Shown: positions 28,606 through 38,250 of the stretch, piece by piece
How the letters are laid out: each line of letters starts with the position of its first letter
Numbering within the stretch: the stretch's first letter is position 1
Assembly: GCA_965225085.1 (NCBI GenBank)
Contig: CBDDBE010000002.1
Coordinates: 6,014-70,013 of the forward strand
Source: an uncultured Candidatus Saccharibacteria bacterium
GTDB lineage: Bacteria > Patescibacteriota > Saccharimonadia > Saccharimonadales > EFPC-124
DNA length: 64,000 bases
Direction: 5' to 3'
Translations under genes and position numbers: made by a program
The notes under the pieces: model-generated
What the model saw: only the letters and a program-made list of their open reading frames with translations
Databases searched by the model: none
What the model was told of the DNA's origin: nothing

Positions 28606-29370
28606 ATGGAGCTGCTCAAAACAGGCATTCGTCGCACGAAAGTAGGCGAACTAGCCTACATTGCTATCAACGCCGTGCTACCGGTGGTTCTGCTGCTACT
28701 GGTGCTGAGCTTTAACTCGGCTTATCCGGCATTGGCATTGGTTTTGCTCAGTAAATGGCGTGTTTTTGCGCTGCGGCCGCGGTTTTGGTGGGCTAACATC
28801 AAGGCCAATCTAGTTGATTTTTTGGTTGGGGTTAGCTATATCGGGTTGCTCTTTTTTTCTAATAGCTCATTGCCCGTCATGATCGCCTTGGCGGCAGGGT
28901 ACGGTGTATGGCTGCTATATCTCAAGCCTCGATCAGACCACGCGTCTATTATGCTGCAGGCTGGAGTTGCCCAGTTTGTCGCGCTGGTGGTGCTATTTAG
29001 CCTCTCGGTTGTTACGAATGAGCTCCTCGTTATCCTCGGATGTTTTTGCATAGGGTACATTGCCGCACGCCACGTGCTGATCAACTTCGAGGAAGACCTA
29101 GCCGAGTTTATGAGCTACGCGTGGGGCTTAGCAATTTCTCAGATTGGATGGATACTATTCAGGTGGACCATAACATATGATTTGCAACTACCGTTTAGGA
29201 TCCCGCAGGTAGCGCTTGTCGTGTTAGTAATGTCGATGGCTGCCGGTCGATTGTATGCAGCGGCAAAAGGCCATCGGCTAACAAAGGCGCTCGTGCGCTC
29301 GACGATGATATTCAGCGCGGTGTTGATCTCTTTTATCCTTATCTTTGCGCGGTGGGACGTAACGGTTTAG
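28606..29370 (+). CDS. Polytopic membrane protein, unknown function
   Basis: 254 aa with about 7 hydrophobic segments. No motif recognised. Confidence 0.55.
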   Translation: MELLKTGIRRTKVGELAYIAINAVLPVVLLLLVLSFNSAYPALALVLLSKWRVFALRPRFWWANIKANLVDFLVGVSYIGLLFFSNSSLPVMIALAAGYGVWLLYLKPRSDHASIMLQAGVAQFVALVVLFSLSVVTNELLVILGCFCIGYIAARHVLINFEEDLAEFMSYAWGLAISQIGWILFRWTITYDLQLPFRIPQVALVVLVMSMAAGRLYAAAKGHRLTKALVRSTMIFSAVLISFILIFARWDVTV

Positions 29371-29406
29371 CAGAGAGTTGCATGTAGAAAGAAAGGGTGT
29401 GCTTTT

Positions 29407-30627
29407 GTGGACGAACATATTCAGGATGACATCACCAAAGTTACTGAGGATGAATCGGTAGCCAAGCCGGCTGCAAGCCCCAGGCAAAACAAACCAGGAT
29501 TCAAGCAATTTCTACGCAGGAGCGGCATTGTGGCCCTGTGTATTGCCAGCAGCGCTCTGACGACGTGGCTGCTATTGGTCACGGGCCTCGTAAGACCAGG
29601 TACGGCGCAGATTGTTGAGCAGAATCGCCAGTCAATTGTCCTGCAACAGGGTGAGGTAGTTGCCGATGTGTTTAAGAAGGTGAGTCCCAGCACCGTTGCT
29701 ATTACGACGCAAATGCAGGCGCCGCGGCGTTCCCTGCTAGGTACGGCATCCGTCGAGGAGGGCGCAGGGAGCGGCATTATTATATCGGCAGACGGCTACG
29801 TAATGACCAACAAGCACGTTGTGCCCGATGGGACAACCACCGTAAGCGTGGTATTAGCCGATGGAACAACCTACAGTAACGTCAACGTCGTAGGGCGAGA
29901 TCCACTGAACGACATTGCCTTTTTAAAGATTGGTGGCGTCAAGAACCTACCAGCGGTTGAACTGGGCGATTCAGATGCGGCGCAGGTTGGCCAGCAGGTA
30001 GTGGCGATCGGTAACGCGTTGGGGCAGTTCCGCAACAGCGTCACGTCAGGGATTATTTCTGGCAAAGGTCGGCCTATTCAGGCGTCCGATGGCGGTGCTG
30101 GGAGCAGCGAGCAGCTAGAGAATCTGCTCCAGACGGATGCCGCGATCAATCCCGGCAACTCCGGCGGTCCGCTCGTTACGCTTGATGGCAAGGTTGTGGG
30201 GATGAACACGGCTGTATCACAGGACGGGCAGGCAATTGGTTTTGCCATACCTATTAACGATGCGAAGTCACTTATTGCCAGCATCCTAAAGCAAGGGAAA
30301 CTCGCTCGACCATATCTTGGCGTGCGATACGTCAGCCTCGACCCTGACACGGCCACGCAGCTTCATCTTACTCAGACGCAGGGCGCATATATCGCACTAG
30401 GAACGACTACTAATCCGGCCATTATTCCGGGTAGCCCCGCGGCAAAGGCCGGCCTGCAAGTTGGGGATGTTATCTCGAAGGTTAACTCAGTGACGGTCGA
30501 CGACACACATTCGCTTGCGAGTGCGTTATCGCAATTTTCCCCAGGTGATACAGTAAGTCTCACCATCATTCGGTCGGGCAAAACCCAGACCGTGAAGGTT
30601 ACACTCGATCCATATCCTGGTAGCTAG
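29407..30627 (+). CDS. HtrA/DegP-type serine protease with PDZ domain
   Basis: TNKHV (His), DIAFLK (Asp) and GNSGGPLV (Ser). C-terminal PDZ with PAAKAGLQVGDVI. Confidence 0.85.
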   Translation: MDEHIQDDITKVTEDESVAKPAASPRQNKPGFKQFLRRSGIVALCIASSALTTWLLLVTGLVRPGTAQIVEQNRQSIVLQQGEVVADVFKKVSPSTVAITTQMQAPRRSLLGTASVEEGAGSGIIISADGYVMTNKHVVPDGTTTVSVVLADGTTYSNVNVVGRDPLNDIAFLKIGGVKNLPAVELGDSDAAQVGQQVVAIGNALGQFRNSVTSGIISGKGRPIQASDGGAGSSEQLENLLQTDAAINPGNSGGPLVTLDGKVVGMNTAVSQDGQAIGFAIPINDAKSLIASILKQGKLARPYLGVRYVSLDPDTATQLHLTQTQGAYIALGTTTNPAIIPGSPAAKAGLQVGDVISKVNSVTVDDTHSLASALSQFSPGDTVSLTIIRSGKTQTVKVTLDPYPGS

Positions 30628-31436
30628 TTTTTCTGAAAGATAATTGCGTAATCTTTGCGCGATATTTCCCGGTAGCCTGCACCTTGCGCTTGCGTAGCTA
30701 TTCGGTCATGTTGCTCGGGGTCGGCCTCGAGCGCAAGGTAGCTTCTGCTTACCTGGGCGGTACTGGCCTGAGCGATGAGTCGTAGAATTAGCGAGAGCCC
30801 TCCATCGTCAGCAAAAAGCGCCAGAGCTGGCTCGAAATTAGTCTCGGGCGAGCGGTCCCATACTGGATCGACGTAGGGAAGGTTTGCGACAATACAGCTT
30901 GGTGAAGTGATCGGACTGCTAGCCAGCAGATCACTTTCAGCAAAGGTTATTTTTGCGCCAAGATTGGTTGCGTTCTGCCGGGCGACCTTCAGGGCGGCGG
31001 GGCTAATGTCTGTCGCATAAACTTTCAGATCCGGCCTGGTAAGTTGGATAGAGGCGGCAATCGGAGCGCTGCCCGTGCCGACGTCCAGCACCGAGTCGCC
31101 GGGCTGCAGCGGCAGGAAGAGCACTTGCTCGACGAGTGTTTCGGTCTCGGGCCGAGGGATCAGCGTATCTGGCGTGACGATAAAGCTATGACCATAAAAC
31201 TCTTTGCGGCCCAGGAGGTAGGAGATGGGGCGGCGCTGGCTACGTTGCTCGACCAGCGTTTGGTAGAATGTTGTCATTTTATCGTCGCTTACGATTTTTT
31301 CGCCATGCGCGTGGAGGTAGATTCGCTCGCGGCCGAGTACGAAGGCGAGGAGTATTTCGGCGTCCAAGCGGTGCGATTTGATGCCGGCATTTCGTAGCAT
31401 TGCCGATGCGTGCCGAAGTAATTGTTCGATGGTCAT
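30624..31436 (-). CDS. prmC: Release-factor glutamine N5-methyltransferase PrmC/HemK
   Basis: VLDVGTGSAPIA SAM motif and an NLPYV (NPPY-type) motif. Start trimmed to MTIEQLL so it does not overlap the upstream gene. Confidence 0.85.
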   Translation of the reverse strand: MTIEQLLRHASAMLRNAGIKSHRLDAEILLAFVLGRERIYLHAHGEKIVSDDKMTTFYQTLVEQRSQRRPISYLLGRKEFYGHSFIVTPDTLIPRPETETLVEQVLFLPLQPGDSVLDVGTGSAPIAASIQLTRPDLKVYATDISPAALKVARQNATNLGAKITFAESDLLASSPITSPSCIVANLPYVDPVWDRSPETNFEPALALFADDGGLSLILRLIAQASTAQVSRSYLALEADPEQHDRIATQAQGAGYREISRKDYAIIFQKN

Positions 31437-31440
31437 CTGG

Positions 31441-32286
31441 CTATACCTTGTGGCGCTGGCGGACGACTTCGTAGGCAATGGCGACAGTGGCCGCGCTGAC
31501 ATTCAGCGAATCGGCAACGCCGGCCATCGGTAGGCGTACGGGCAAATCGCAGCCTTTTATCCATTGGTCGGTCAGGCCAAATTGTTCGCTGCCCATCACA
31601 ATGGCGACTGGTGTGGTCAGGTCGACATCGGTGTAGAGTTTGTCGGCAGCCGGTGTGGCGGCAAGCGACCGGATGTTGTGTTTTTTCAGGAATTCAATGG
31701 CCGATTTGCTATCAGCGATGACAGTTGGTGTCGTAAAAACAACGCCTGTTGAGGCGCGCACAACATTCGGATTGAACAGGTCCGTCACGGCGTCGCAGAC
31801 GATAACAGCTTCGGCGCCTGTTGCGTCGGCAGAACGGAGGATGGTGCCAAGGTTACCTGGCTTCTCGATAGCTTCGACGACGATCAGAAAAGGATTCTTT
31901 GATAAGACCAGCTGGTCGAGCGTTGTGTGCCATTGTTTGCCGATGCCTAGCAATCCTTCAGGACGCTCACGATAGGCAACTTTGGCAAAAGCGTCTCGGC
32001 CAAGGCGGGTGAGAACTGCACCGGCTTTCTCGGCGTCGTCGAGCACCTGTTGCTCGTTTGTTCCCAGGAACCACTCGGGACTATAGTAGATCTCGTCAAA
32101 ATGAAATCCTGCCGCCAGTGCACGCGTGATCGGACGGTAGCCTTCGGTCACGAATACGCCTTGTTCATCGCGCTCACTGCGTTTGCGCAGTTTGGCTAGC
32201 GCACGAACGCGTGGGTTGTGAACGCTGGTGATTGAATCGCTTGAAGGAGCAGCGGGGGCGAAGCTATCCATGCTTGCCTCGAACAA
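31441..32286 (-). CDS. SpoU/TrmH-family RNA 2'-O-methyltransferase
   Basis: KPGNLGTILRSADATGA, MGSEQFGL and the LNVSAATVAIAYEV SPOUT motifs. Confidence 0.8.
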   Translation of the reverse strand: MFEASMDSFAPAAPSSDSITSVHNPRVRALAKLRKRSERDEQGVFVTEGYRPITRALAAGFHFDEIYYSPEWFLGTNEQQVLDDAEKAGAVLTRLGRDAFAKVAYRERPEGLLGIGKQWHTTLDQLVLSKNPFLIVVEAIEKPGNLGTILRSADATGAEAVIVCDAVTDLFNPNVVRASTGVVFTTPTVIADSKSAIEFLKKHNIRSLAATPAADKLYTDVDLTTPVAIVMGSEQFGLTDQWIKGCDLPVRLPMAGVADSLNVSAATVAIAYEVVRQRHKV

Positions 32287-32379
32287 CCTCGACCTTCCCG
32301 GGAGGAAGGCAGCGAGCTGTTTGCGAGCGGACTGTAGTTGTGAGCGGCAAGCATGGATAGCTTCGCGACATATGATTAA

Positions 32380-33465
32380 TTACCCCTCCTGGCCCTGCTC
32401 TGCCTCGTGGGCGCGCAATGTGCTTTCGGCCTTTTGGAGCTCCAGAATGACATCTTCGAAGTCACCGTCGAGCATTCGTGGCAAATTAGAGCGGCTATAG
32501 CCGATGCGGTGATCGGTTACGCGGTCTTGCGGGAAGTTGTAGGTGCGGATTTTCTCGGAACGGTCGCCGGAGCCGATGAGATTGCGGCGCTCGGCACTTT
32601 GTTTGGCCTGTTCCTGTTCAATCTTCATCGTCAGCAGGCGCGAACGCAGTACGCCCATGGCTTTTTCTTTGTTTTTGAGCTGAGATTTTTCATCTTGGCA
32701 GGTCACCACGATGCCGGTAGGCAGGTGAGTGATACGAACGGCCGAATCTGTTGTATTGACCGACTGGCCGCCGTGGCCGCTACTGCGATATACATCTATG
32801 CGCAGATCATTTGGGTTGATTTCGATATCGGTTTCCTCAGCTTCGGGCATGACGGCAACGGTGACGGTTGAAGTGTGAATGCGACCAGAGCTTTCGGTGG
32901 TAGGCACACGTTGGACGCGGTGAACGCCCGATTCGAACTTGAATGTGCGGTATGCGTCGGCGCCCTTTATGCCAAAGATAACTTCCTTGTAGCCGCCCAC
33001 GTCACTTGGGCTATCGCTGATGGATTCTACGCGAAAATCGTGTGTCTCGCAGTAGCGAAGGTACATTCGGTACAATTCGGCCGCAAAGAGCGATGCTTCG
33101 TCACCACCAGCACCGGCGCGGATTTCGATGATAATATCTTTTTCGTCGTTGGGGTCCTTTGGCGTGAGTAAGATAAACAAATCCTCGGCAATTCGTGCAA
33201 GTTCATCCTCGAGTTCAGGGATTTCTAGCTTTGCCAGATCGGCCAGTTCGCCATCGTCCGAGCTAACCAGCTCGTGCGCGTCGGCCAATTGTTTCTTGAG
33301 CTCGACCTGGCGGGTAGCGATGTCGATAATTTTTTCGAGTTCGCCAAGGCGACGAGTTTTTTGGGCGTAACTGGGGTCCGAGAAAGCATTCGGAGTACTC
33401 AAGAAAGCCTCGAGCTCATCTTTCTCGGTTTGGAGTGCCTCTAGATTGAGGTTGATCGTAGCCAT
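32380..33465 (-). CDS. prfA: Peptide chain release factor 1
   Basis: GGQ ([11 protein letters not shown]) and a PxT-type tripeptide (VPTTE). Confidence 0.95.
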   Translation of the reverse strand: MATINLNLEALQTEKDELEAFLSTPNAFSDPSYAQKTRRLGELEKIIDIATRQVELKKQLADAHELVSSDDGELADLAKLEIPELEDELARIAEDLFILLTPKDPNDEKDIIIEIRAGAGGDEASLFAAELYRMYLRYCETHDFRVESISDSPSDVGGYKEVIFGIKGADAYRTFKFESGVHRVQRVPTTESSGRIHTSTVTVAVMPEAEETDIEINPNDLRIDVYRSSGHGGQSVNTTDSAVRITHLPTGIVVTCQDEKSQLKNKEKAMGVLRSRLLTMKIEQEQAKQSAERRNLIGSGDRSEKIRTYNFPQDRVTDHRIGYSRSNLPRMLDGDFEDVILELQKAESTLRAHEAEQGQEG

Positions 33466-33501
33466 TTACCGTATACCCCCGGAGTCGGCGTCCGCCTGAA
33501 G

Positions 33502-33828
33502 TTATTCTTCGCTTGTGTCGGCTTTTTTGGCTGCTTTGGAAGGGGTAGCAGCTTTCTTGGTGAGCGCAGCGCGGCGAGTCTTTGCAGCTTCGGCTCGAGC
33601 TTTAAAGCGGTCAACGCGACCTTCGGTGTCGAGAAGTTTTTCTTTGCCTGTGTAGAAAGGATGAGAGGCGCTGCTAATATGCATTTGGACAACTGGGTAC
33701 TCGTTGCCATCTTCCCATTTGATTTTTTGGTCAGTTTTGACGGTCGAATTTGTGAGGAACGCAAAATCAGCGGCAGCGTCCTGGAAGACGACAGGTCGAT
33801 AATCGGTTGGATGTAGATCTTTTTTCAT
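33502..33828 (-). CDS. rpmE: 50S ribosomal protein L31 (non-zinc type B-like, with a K/A-rich tail)
   Basis: [17 protein letters not shown]...HPFYTGK. Upstream extension of ORF 33502-34149 rejected. Confidence 0.9.
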   Translation of the reverse strand: MKKDLHPTDYRPVVFQDAAADFAFLTNSTVKTDQKIKWEDGNEYPVVQMHISSASHPFYTGKEKLLDTEGRVDRFKARAEAAKTRRAALTKKAATPSKAAKKADTSEE

Positions 33829-33967
33829 AACTTGATGAGTATTGTATCTGTTTTTGGCGCAATTGTAAAGAGGTAGGGCGGTTTTGGATGTTGACAGTGT
33901 ATATTGTATAATATGTAAAGCTCGTGAGAGACACTCGCGAGAGTTCACCGACCAAAAGAGGTGAGAC

Positions 33968-34666
33968 GTGAGCCAAGGGATGTTCGTTGGCTTGTCGCTT
34001 CTGTATGGCGCTGTAATGTTCTTCGCCTTGATCGCCGCGATCATGGCGGGAAAGGCAAAGACATCAGCAGCGCTCGTGCAGGTGATCAGCCCGGTCGTCG
34101 GGTTGATCTTTATCTGGGGGGGAATGCAGCACTTCCACCCCGCGATCAACGTCGGGAGCGCTAGCTGGGCTGGGCTCTTTGGCGACGCGCTGCCGCTGCC
34201 AGTGATGGCGTATTTCCTTGCACGGGCCTGGGCCGAGGGCTACGATGTGCTGCATGGCACGCGCTGGACGGGATGGCGATGGCGCATGATCTGTCTGGCA
34301 TCCGGCCTCGCCGGCGGGGTAGCCTTCCATCGGGTGCTCGGTGGCAGCTGGGGCGATAGCGGCTCGTTGGATGTCAACGTGCGCATGCATGCCTCGCCGA
34401 CGGCGATCTTCCACGACTATGGAGTCGTCTCGTCGCTTTTGGCTGGGTTGTTGCTTGCGGGTTTCATCCCTGTAGTGGTCAAGTATCACGAGTTGAATGC
34501 TTCAGCTAAGAGGTACGTCTGGCTGGCTTTCTGGTTGGGCCTTATGCCATTTCTGGGCCTGTTTTTTCTTGACGGGCTGCGCGGATTTAACCCGCACTGG
34601 CTCGACGACGACACGCTCGGCCTGTGGCCGTTCCATTGGCGCAACTTCCTGTGGTTCTGGCGGTAG
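33968..34666 (+). CDS. GC-rich polytopic membrane protein, unknown function
   Basis: GTG start behind AGAGGTG. About 6 TM segments and W-rich loops. A spot count on line 34141 gives 43/60 G+C. Followed by a terminator. Confidence 0.5.
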   Translation: MSQGMFVGLSLLYGAVMFFALIAAIMAGKAKTSAALVQVISPVVGLIFIWGGMQHFHPAINVGSASWAGLFGDALPLPVMAYFLARAWAEGYDVLHGTRWTGWRWRMICLASGLAGGVAFHRVLGGSWGDSGSLDVNVRMHASPTAIFHDYGVVSSLLAGLLLAGFIPVVVKYHELNASAKRYVWLAFWLGLMPFLGLFFLDGLRGFNPHWLDDDTLGLWPFHWRNFLWFWR

Positions 34667-34676
34667 CGGCACGGTG

Positions 34677-34722
34677 ACGGGTTGCCCGGGGGGCTTTATA
34701 GCTCAGGGCAACCCGTTTTTTC
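34677..34722 (+). terminator. Rho-independent terminator
   Basis: ACGGGTTGCCC...GGGCAACCCGT followed by TTTTTTCTT. Confidence 0.7.
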
Positions 34723-34842
34723 TTGTGTATGATCTGTAATTATGATAAAATACCCCAGTAAACAATTTTTAAACGAAACACCCTGACGCGCGTACACAAT
34801 CCTCCCATTTTGGGACAAGCGCAGGGGAAGGAGAAGGATTTT

Positions 34843-35565
34843 ATGGCTACAGCCGTAGATATTAAAGCACTGCTCGCGAGTGGCGCGCATTTTGGCCACA
34901 AGACCAGTCGCTGGCACCCTAAGATGGCGCCCTACATTCACAGTAAGCGAGATGGCACACATATTATTGACCTGACCAAAACCGTCGAAGGCTTGGACAA
35001 GGCGTTGGCTTTCCTGGAAAAGGCCGCTACTGACGGCAAGCAAATTTTGTTCGTCGGTACCAAGCGCCAGGCGAAGGACATTCTGAAGGCTGCTGCCGAA
35101 GAAGCCAAGATGCCATATGTTACCGAGCGCTGGATGGGCGGCATGCTGACTAACGTCAAGACTATTGGCGAGCGTGTTAAGCGCCTCAAGAACCTCGAGA
35201 CTCGCATGGCCTCTGGCGAACTTGCCAGCCGTTACAACAAGCTGGAGGTGCAGCGGTTCCAAGAGGAAATTGACAGCCTTAACTTCAAATACAGTGGTAT
35301 CAAGGACATGAACGGGCAGCCTGGTGCGCTGTTTGTTGTTGATGTTGTCAACGAAGAAAATGCCATCAAGGAAGCACGTCGGCTTAACATCCCGGTTGTC
35401 GCTATTGTCGACACAAACGCTAACCCCGACATGATCGACTACGTTATTCCGGCAAACGACGACGCTATCAAGAGCGTGCAGCTTATTACGGATTACATCA
35501 AGCAAGCCGTTATGGCGGGCGTTGGTGCACGCAAGACTGCTCCTGCTACCAAAGAGGAGAAATAG
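34843..35565 (+). CDS. rpsB: 30S ribosomal protein S2
   Basis: LLASGAHFGHKTSRWHPKM. Start trimmed to MATAVDIK behind GGGGAAGGAGAAGG. Confidence 0.95.
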   Translation: MATAVDIKALLASGAHFGHKTSRWHPKMAPYIHSKRDGTHIIDLTKTVEGLDKALAFLEKAATDGKQILFVGTKRQAKDILKAAAEEAKMPYVTERWMGGMLTNVKTIGERVKRLKNLETRMASGELASRYNKLEVQRFQEEIDSLNFKYSGIKDMNGQPGALFVVDVVNEENAIKEARRLNIPVVAIVDTNANPDMIDYVIPANDDAIKSVQLITDYIKQAVMAGVGARKTAPATKEEK

Positions 35566-35567
35566 TC

Positions 35568-36164
35568 ATGGCGATTTCACTCGAAGAGATCAAGAAGCTA
35601 AAAGAGTTGACCGGTGTCGGCCTGACCGATGCCAAGAATGCCCTGACCGAAGCCGACGGCGACTTTGACAAGGCACTTGAGGCTATGCGCAAAAAAGGCT
35701 TGACCCGGGCCGAGAAAAAAGGCGAGCGCGAAGCACGTGAAGGCCTGGTAGATAGCTACGTGCACGGTGGCCGTATTGGTGTTGTCGTGGAAGTAAACTG
35801 CGAGACTGATTTTGTGGCTCGCACCGATGATTTCAAGAACCTGGTGCACGACGTCGCAATGCATATTGCTGCGAGTAACCCAGAGTATGCCAGCATGGAC
35901 GACATCGCTGCTGATGCGCGCGAGGCCAAAAAAGCCGAGTTCACCGAGAAGGTAAAGGCTGAGGGCAAGCCCGAGAACATCGCTGAGCAAATCGTTGAAG
36001 GTATGCTGAAGAAGTATTTTGCCGAGAAGACATTGACCGAGCAACCATTCATCAAGAACCCCGATGTGACGGTGGGCGGATACGTCAAAGAGCACATCGC
36101 ACGTCTGGGCGAGAACATTGTGGTGCGCCAGTTCAAGCGTATTGAATTGGGCGTCAGCGAATAA
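35568..36164 (+). CDS. tsf: Elongation factor Ts (short form)
   Basis: IKKLKELTGVGLTDAKNALTEADGDFDKALEAMRKKG UBA-like N-terminus. VEVNCETDFVART. Confidence 0.9.
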   Translation: MAISLEEIKKLKELTGVGLTDAKNALTEADGDFDKALEAMRKKGLTRAEKKGEREAREGLVDSYVHGGRIGVVVEVNCETDFVARTDDFKNLVHDVAMHIAASNPEYASMDDIAADAREAKKAEFTEKVKAEGKPENIAEQIVEGMLKKYFAEKTLTEQPFIKNPDVTVGGYVKEHIARLGENIVVRQFKRIELGVSE

Positions 36165-36191
36165 AATCGTCAGACTCTAGGTATATGAAAC

Positions 36192-36220
36192 AGCCCCGCT
36201 TTTGAAGGCGGGGCTTTTTG
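36192..36220 (+). terminator. Rho-independent terminator after tsf
   Basis: AGCCCCGC-TTTTGAAG-GCGGGGCT followed by TTTTTGG. Confidence 0.7.
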
Positions 36221-36261
36221 GTGCACGCGTGGGCATGTAGCACCCTGGGCGCAGTGATGTG

Positions 36262-36801
36262 TCAGGCCAGCAACAGCCGAGCCACAGGGTCGATGGGCGT
36301 GCCGTCAAATGCCGTTCCGCGTTCGATTTCCGGCTGCGTGACGAACCTGAATGCACTATCTCGCCCGCCCGCCGCAGTCAGCTGCTGCGGCACCCCGCCC
36401 ACGAATTCCACGGTGACGACCAGTGCCAGGTGGCGGATGCCGGTGGGCGCGTCCAGCTTGGCCATTCTGGAGCCCCGAACGGCGGACGTGGCCCTTGATA
36501 GCGCGCCGGTCATGTACGTCCCCAGCATTTGGCTGATAGCCAATTGAGGGACCGACTGCCGCTTCAGCCACTCGGCGATTCGGTCGGGGCTGTTAGTATC
36601 GAAAACGCAGGCCTCCTTTCCGAAGTTTGTCGCCCCGAGTTCGGTCAGCTGGCTGCGCGTCCTTTCATTCAGCTCCAACGGGTCGGCCATGGGCGCGTAG
36701 AATTTTCTATCTTGCCTGCCGACGCCCGACTCGTAAAGGTACAGAAGATAGCCGCTCGGGCTATCGACGTTCAACACGATTTCACAGCTTACTTTCACCA
36801 C
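36262..36801 (-). CDS. Hypothetical protein; degenerate paralog of the gene at 36949-37551
   Basis: GTG start behind GGAGG. Aligns with its neighbour at LTELGATNF, IAEWLKRQ and RFVTQPEI..DG. The acidic Nudix-like residues are replaced (SQMLGTYMTGAL). Confidence 0.5.
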   Translation of the reverse strand: MVKVSCEIVLNVDSPSGYLLYLYESGVGRQDRKFYAPMADPLELNERTRSQLTELGATNFGKEACVFDTNSPDRIAEWLKRQSVPQLAISQMLGTYMTGALSRATSAVRGSRMAKLDAPTGIRHLALVVTVEFVGGVPQQLTAAGGRDSAFRFVTQPEIERGTAFDGTPIDPVARLLLA

Positions 36802-36862
36802 GGTAGCCTCCAAGGCTCGTTGGTCGGATGACTGATTGATTATCAAACAAAGTGGAATATAT

Positions 36863-36878
36863 TGCAATAGCTATTGCA
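36863..36878. promoter_or_regulatory. Perfect 16-bp palindrome TGCAATAGCTATTGCA upstream of 36262-36801
   Basis: Read directly from the sequence. Roughly one such palindrome is expected by chance per 64 kb, so the location is the only support. Confidence 0.2.
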
Positions 36879-36899
36879 GAATTGGATAGGTTTGTATTG

Positions 36900-36942
36900 C
36901 TAGATGCCGCTACCTCTAATACGGGAGGGCGGCGGCATCTAG
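36900..36942 (-). terminator. Hairpin between the two paralogs
   Basis: CTAGATGCCGC(36900-10)/GCGGCATCTAG(36932-42), an 11-bp perfect stem immediately after the stop of 36949-37551. Confidence 0.5.
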
Positions 36943-36948
36943 CGCGCT

Positions 36949-37551
36949 CTAGGCTTGAGCCACAAAGTGCGAGATGGCTGCGATGGATATTCCGTCGTGG
37001 GTGACACCGTTCAGAATTTCCTGTTTGGTGACGAAGTACACCCATCGATCTTCCGGTGCCAGAAGCTGATGATACAGTAGCTTGCTCTGCGCCTCTGGGC
37101 TCATTCTGACATCGAACACCTCGATGAGGTATGTCGTCAATCTTTCGGGTATATCACGGCGTGGCGTCGTCGCTTCGTACTGGAAAAAAAGGTCGAATCG
37201 AGAGCGGGTATCGTGGAGGTCTTGCTCGACCAGAACGCCGGTCTCGCGCACGAGTTCTTCCAACATCTCGCGCATGATCGATGTTTCACGACCGATGCGC
37301 CGCCTGAACCACTCTACAACTGCCGGTACTTGGTTGTTTGGGACTCGGCAACGAAGGTCCATGCCTTGCTCGAAATCTGTCGCGCCCAGCTTGGTCAGGA
37401 ACTGTTTGCCGGCTACATCCAGTTCGAATGCCCCACCAATGGGCGAGAGGACGCGTCCGTTGCCACGATCCAGCTGACTTTGGTTGACAAGGAGCCCGTA
37501 GCGCCCATGATGGTCCCGGATCCGAGCGAAACACGTACCGCTGATTCTCAT
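36949..37551 (-). CDS. Hypothetical protein with a Nudix-box-like motif (divergent Nudix-fold candidate)
   Basis: ATG behind AAGGGAG. LSPIGGAFE ... RETSIMREMLEELVRETGVL compared with the Nudix box GX5EX7REUXEEXGU. Fold not verified. Confidence 0.5.
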   Translation of the reverse strand: MRISGTCFARIRDHHGRYGLLVNQSQLDRGNGRVLSPIGGAFELDVAGKQFLTKLGATDFEQGMDLRCRVPNNQVPAVVEWFRRRIGRETSIMREMLEELVRETGVLVEQDLHDTRSRFDLFFQYEATTPRRDIPERLTTYLIEVFDVRMSPEAQSKLLYHQLLAPEDRWVYFVTKQEILNGVTHDGISIAAISHFVAQA

Positions 37552-37670
37552 TTGTCATACTCCCTTGATTTGGGCCCAGCAGAACAGGGAGCTATTATTA
37601 ATCAGTTTCCCGCACATGGCAATAGCGCGGGTTTGATATGATAAAGATGTAGAAAATAGTTAGGAGCCCC

Positions 37671-38225
37671 ATGTTCGATACCAAACCATTTGAAGAGAAG
37701 ATGAACCAAGCGTACATACATTTCGAGGATGATCTGAAGAAGGTCCGTACTGGCCGTGCCCATCCCGGGATGCTCGATGGCGTCATGGTCGAGGCGTATG
37801 GTGCCAAAATGCCGCTTAACCAAGTCGCGAATGTTATTGCACCTGAGGCGCAGCTGTTGCAGCTAACCCCATTTGACCCAAGTACTTTGCAAGCGATTGT
37901 CAGCGCGATCCGCGACGACCAGTCTTTGGGATTTAATCCGAGCGATGACGGCCGCGTGGTGCGCGTCCCTGTGCCGCCGCTCACGACCGAACGCCGTCAG
38001 CAGATTGCCAAGCAGCTGAACGAAAAGGTCGAGGATTGCCGTATTGCTCTGCGAAATATCCGACACGATGCGCTCAAGGCCGCCAAAAAAGCCAAAGACG
38101 ACAAGACTATTCCCGAAAATGAAGTTCAGCGTGTCGAGCGTAGTATCGACCAGCTGATGGGCGCCATGCAGGCCAAGTTGGACGCCGCCGCCAAGGCCAA
38201 AGAAGCCGAAGTGATGACTATCTAG
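37671..38225 (+). CDS. frr: Ribosome recycling factor
   Basis: LKKVRTGRAHPGMLD...IRDDQSLGFNPSDDG..VRVPVPPLTTERR. Confidence 0.95.
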   Translation: MFDTKPFEEKMNQAYIHFEDDLKKVRTGRAHPGMLDGVMVEAYGAKMPLNQVANVIAPEAQLLQLTPFDPSTLQAIVSAIRDDQSLGFNPSDDGRVVRVPVPPLTTERRQQIAKQLNEKVEDCRIALRNIRHDALKAAKKAKDDKTIPENEVQRVERSIDQLMGAMQAKLDAAAKAKEAEVMTI

Positions 38226-38250
38226 CCAATCGGCGGTATAATACTATCTC

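Noticed and set aside
36863-36878. Perfect 16-bp palindrome as a definite operator, with GCAATAGC/AGCTATT half-site-like strings also upstream of the other paralog (37589-37626).
   Set aside because: About one perfect 8+8 palindrome is expected by chance in 64 kb, and the 7-mers recur by chance. It is retained only as a low-confidence feature, not as evidence of regulation.
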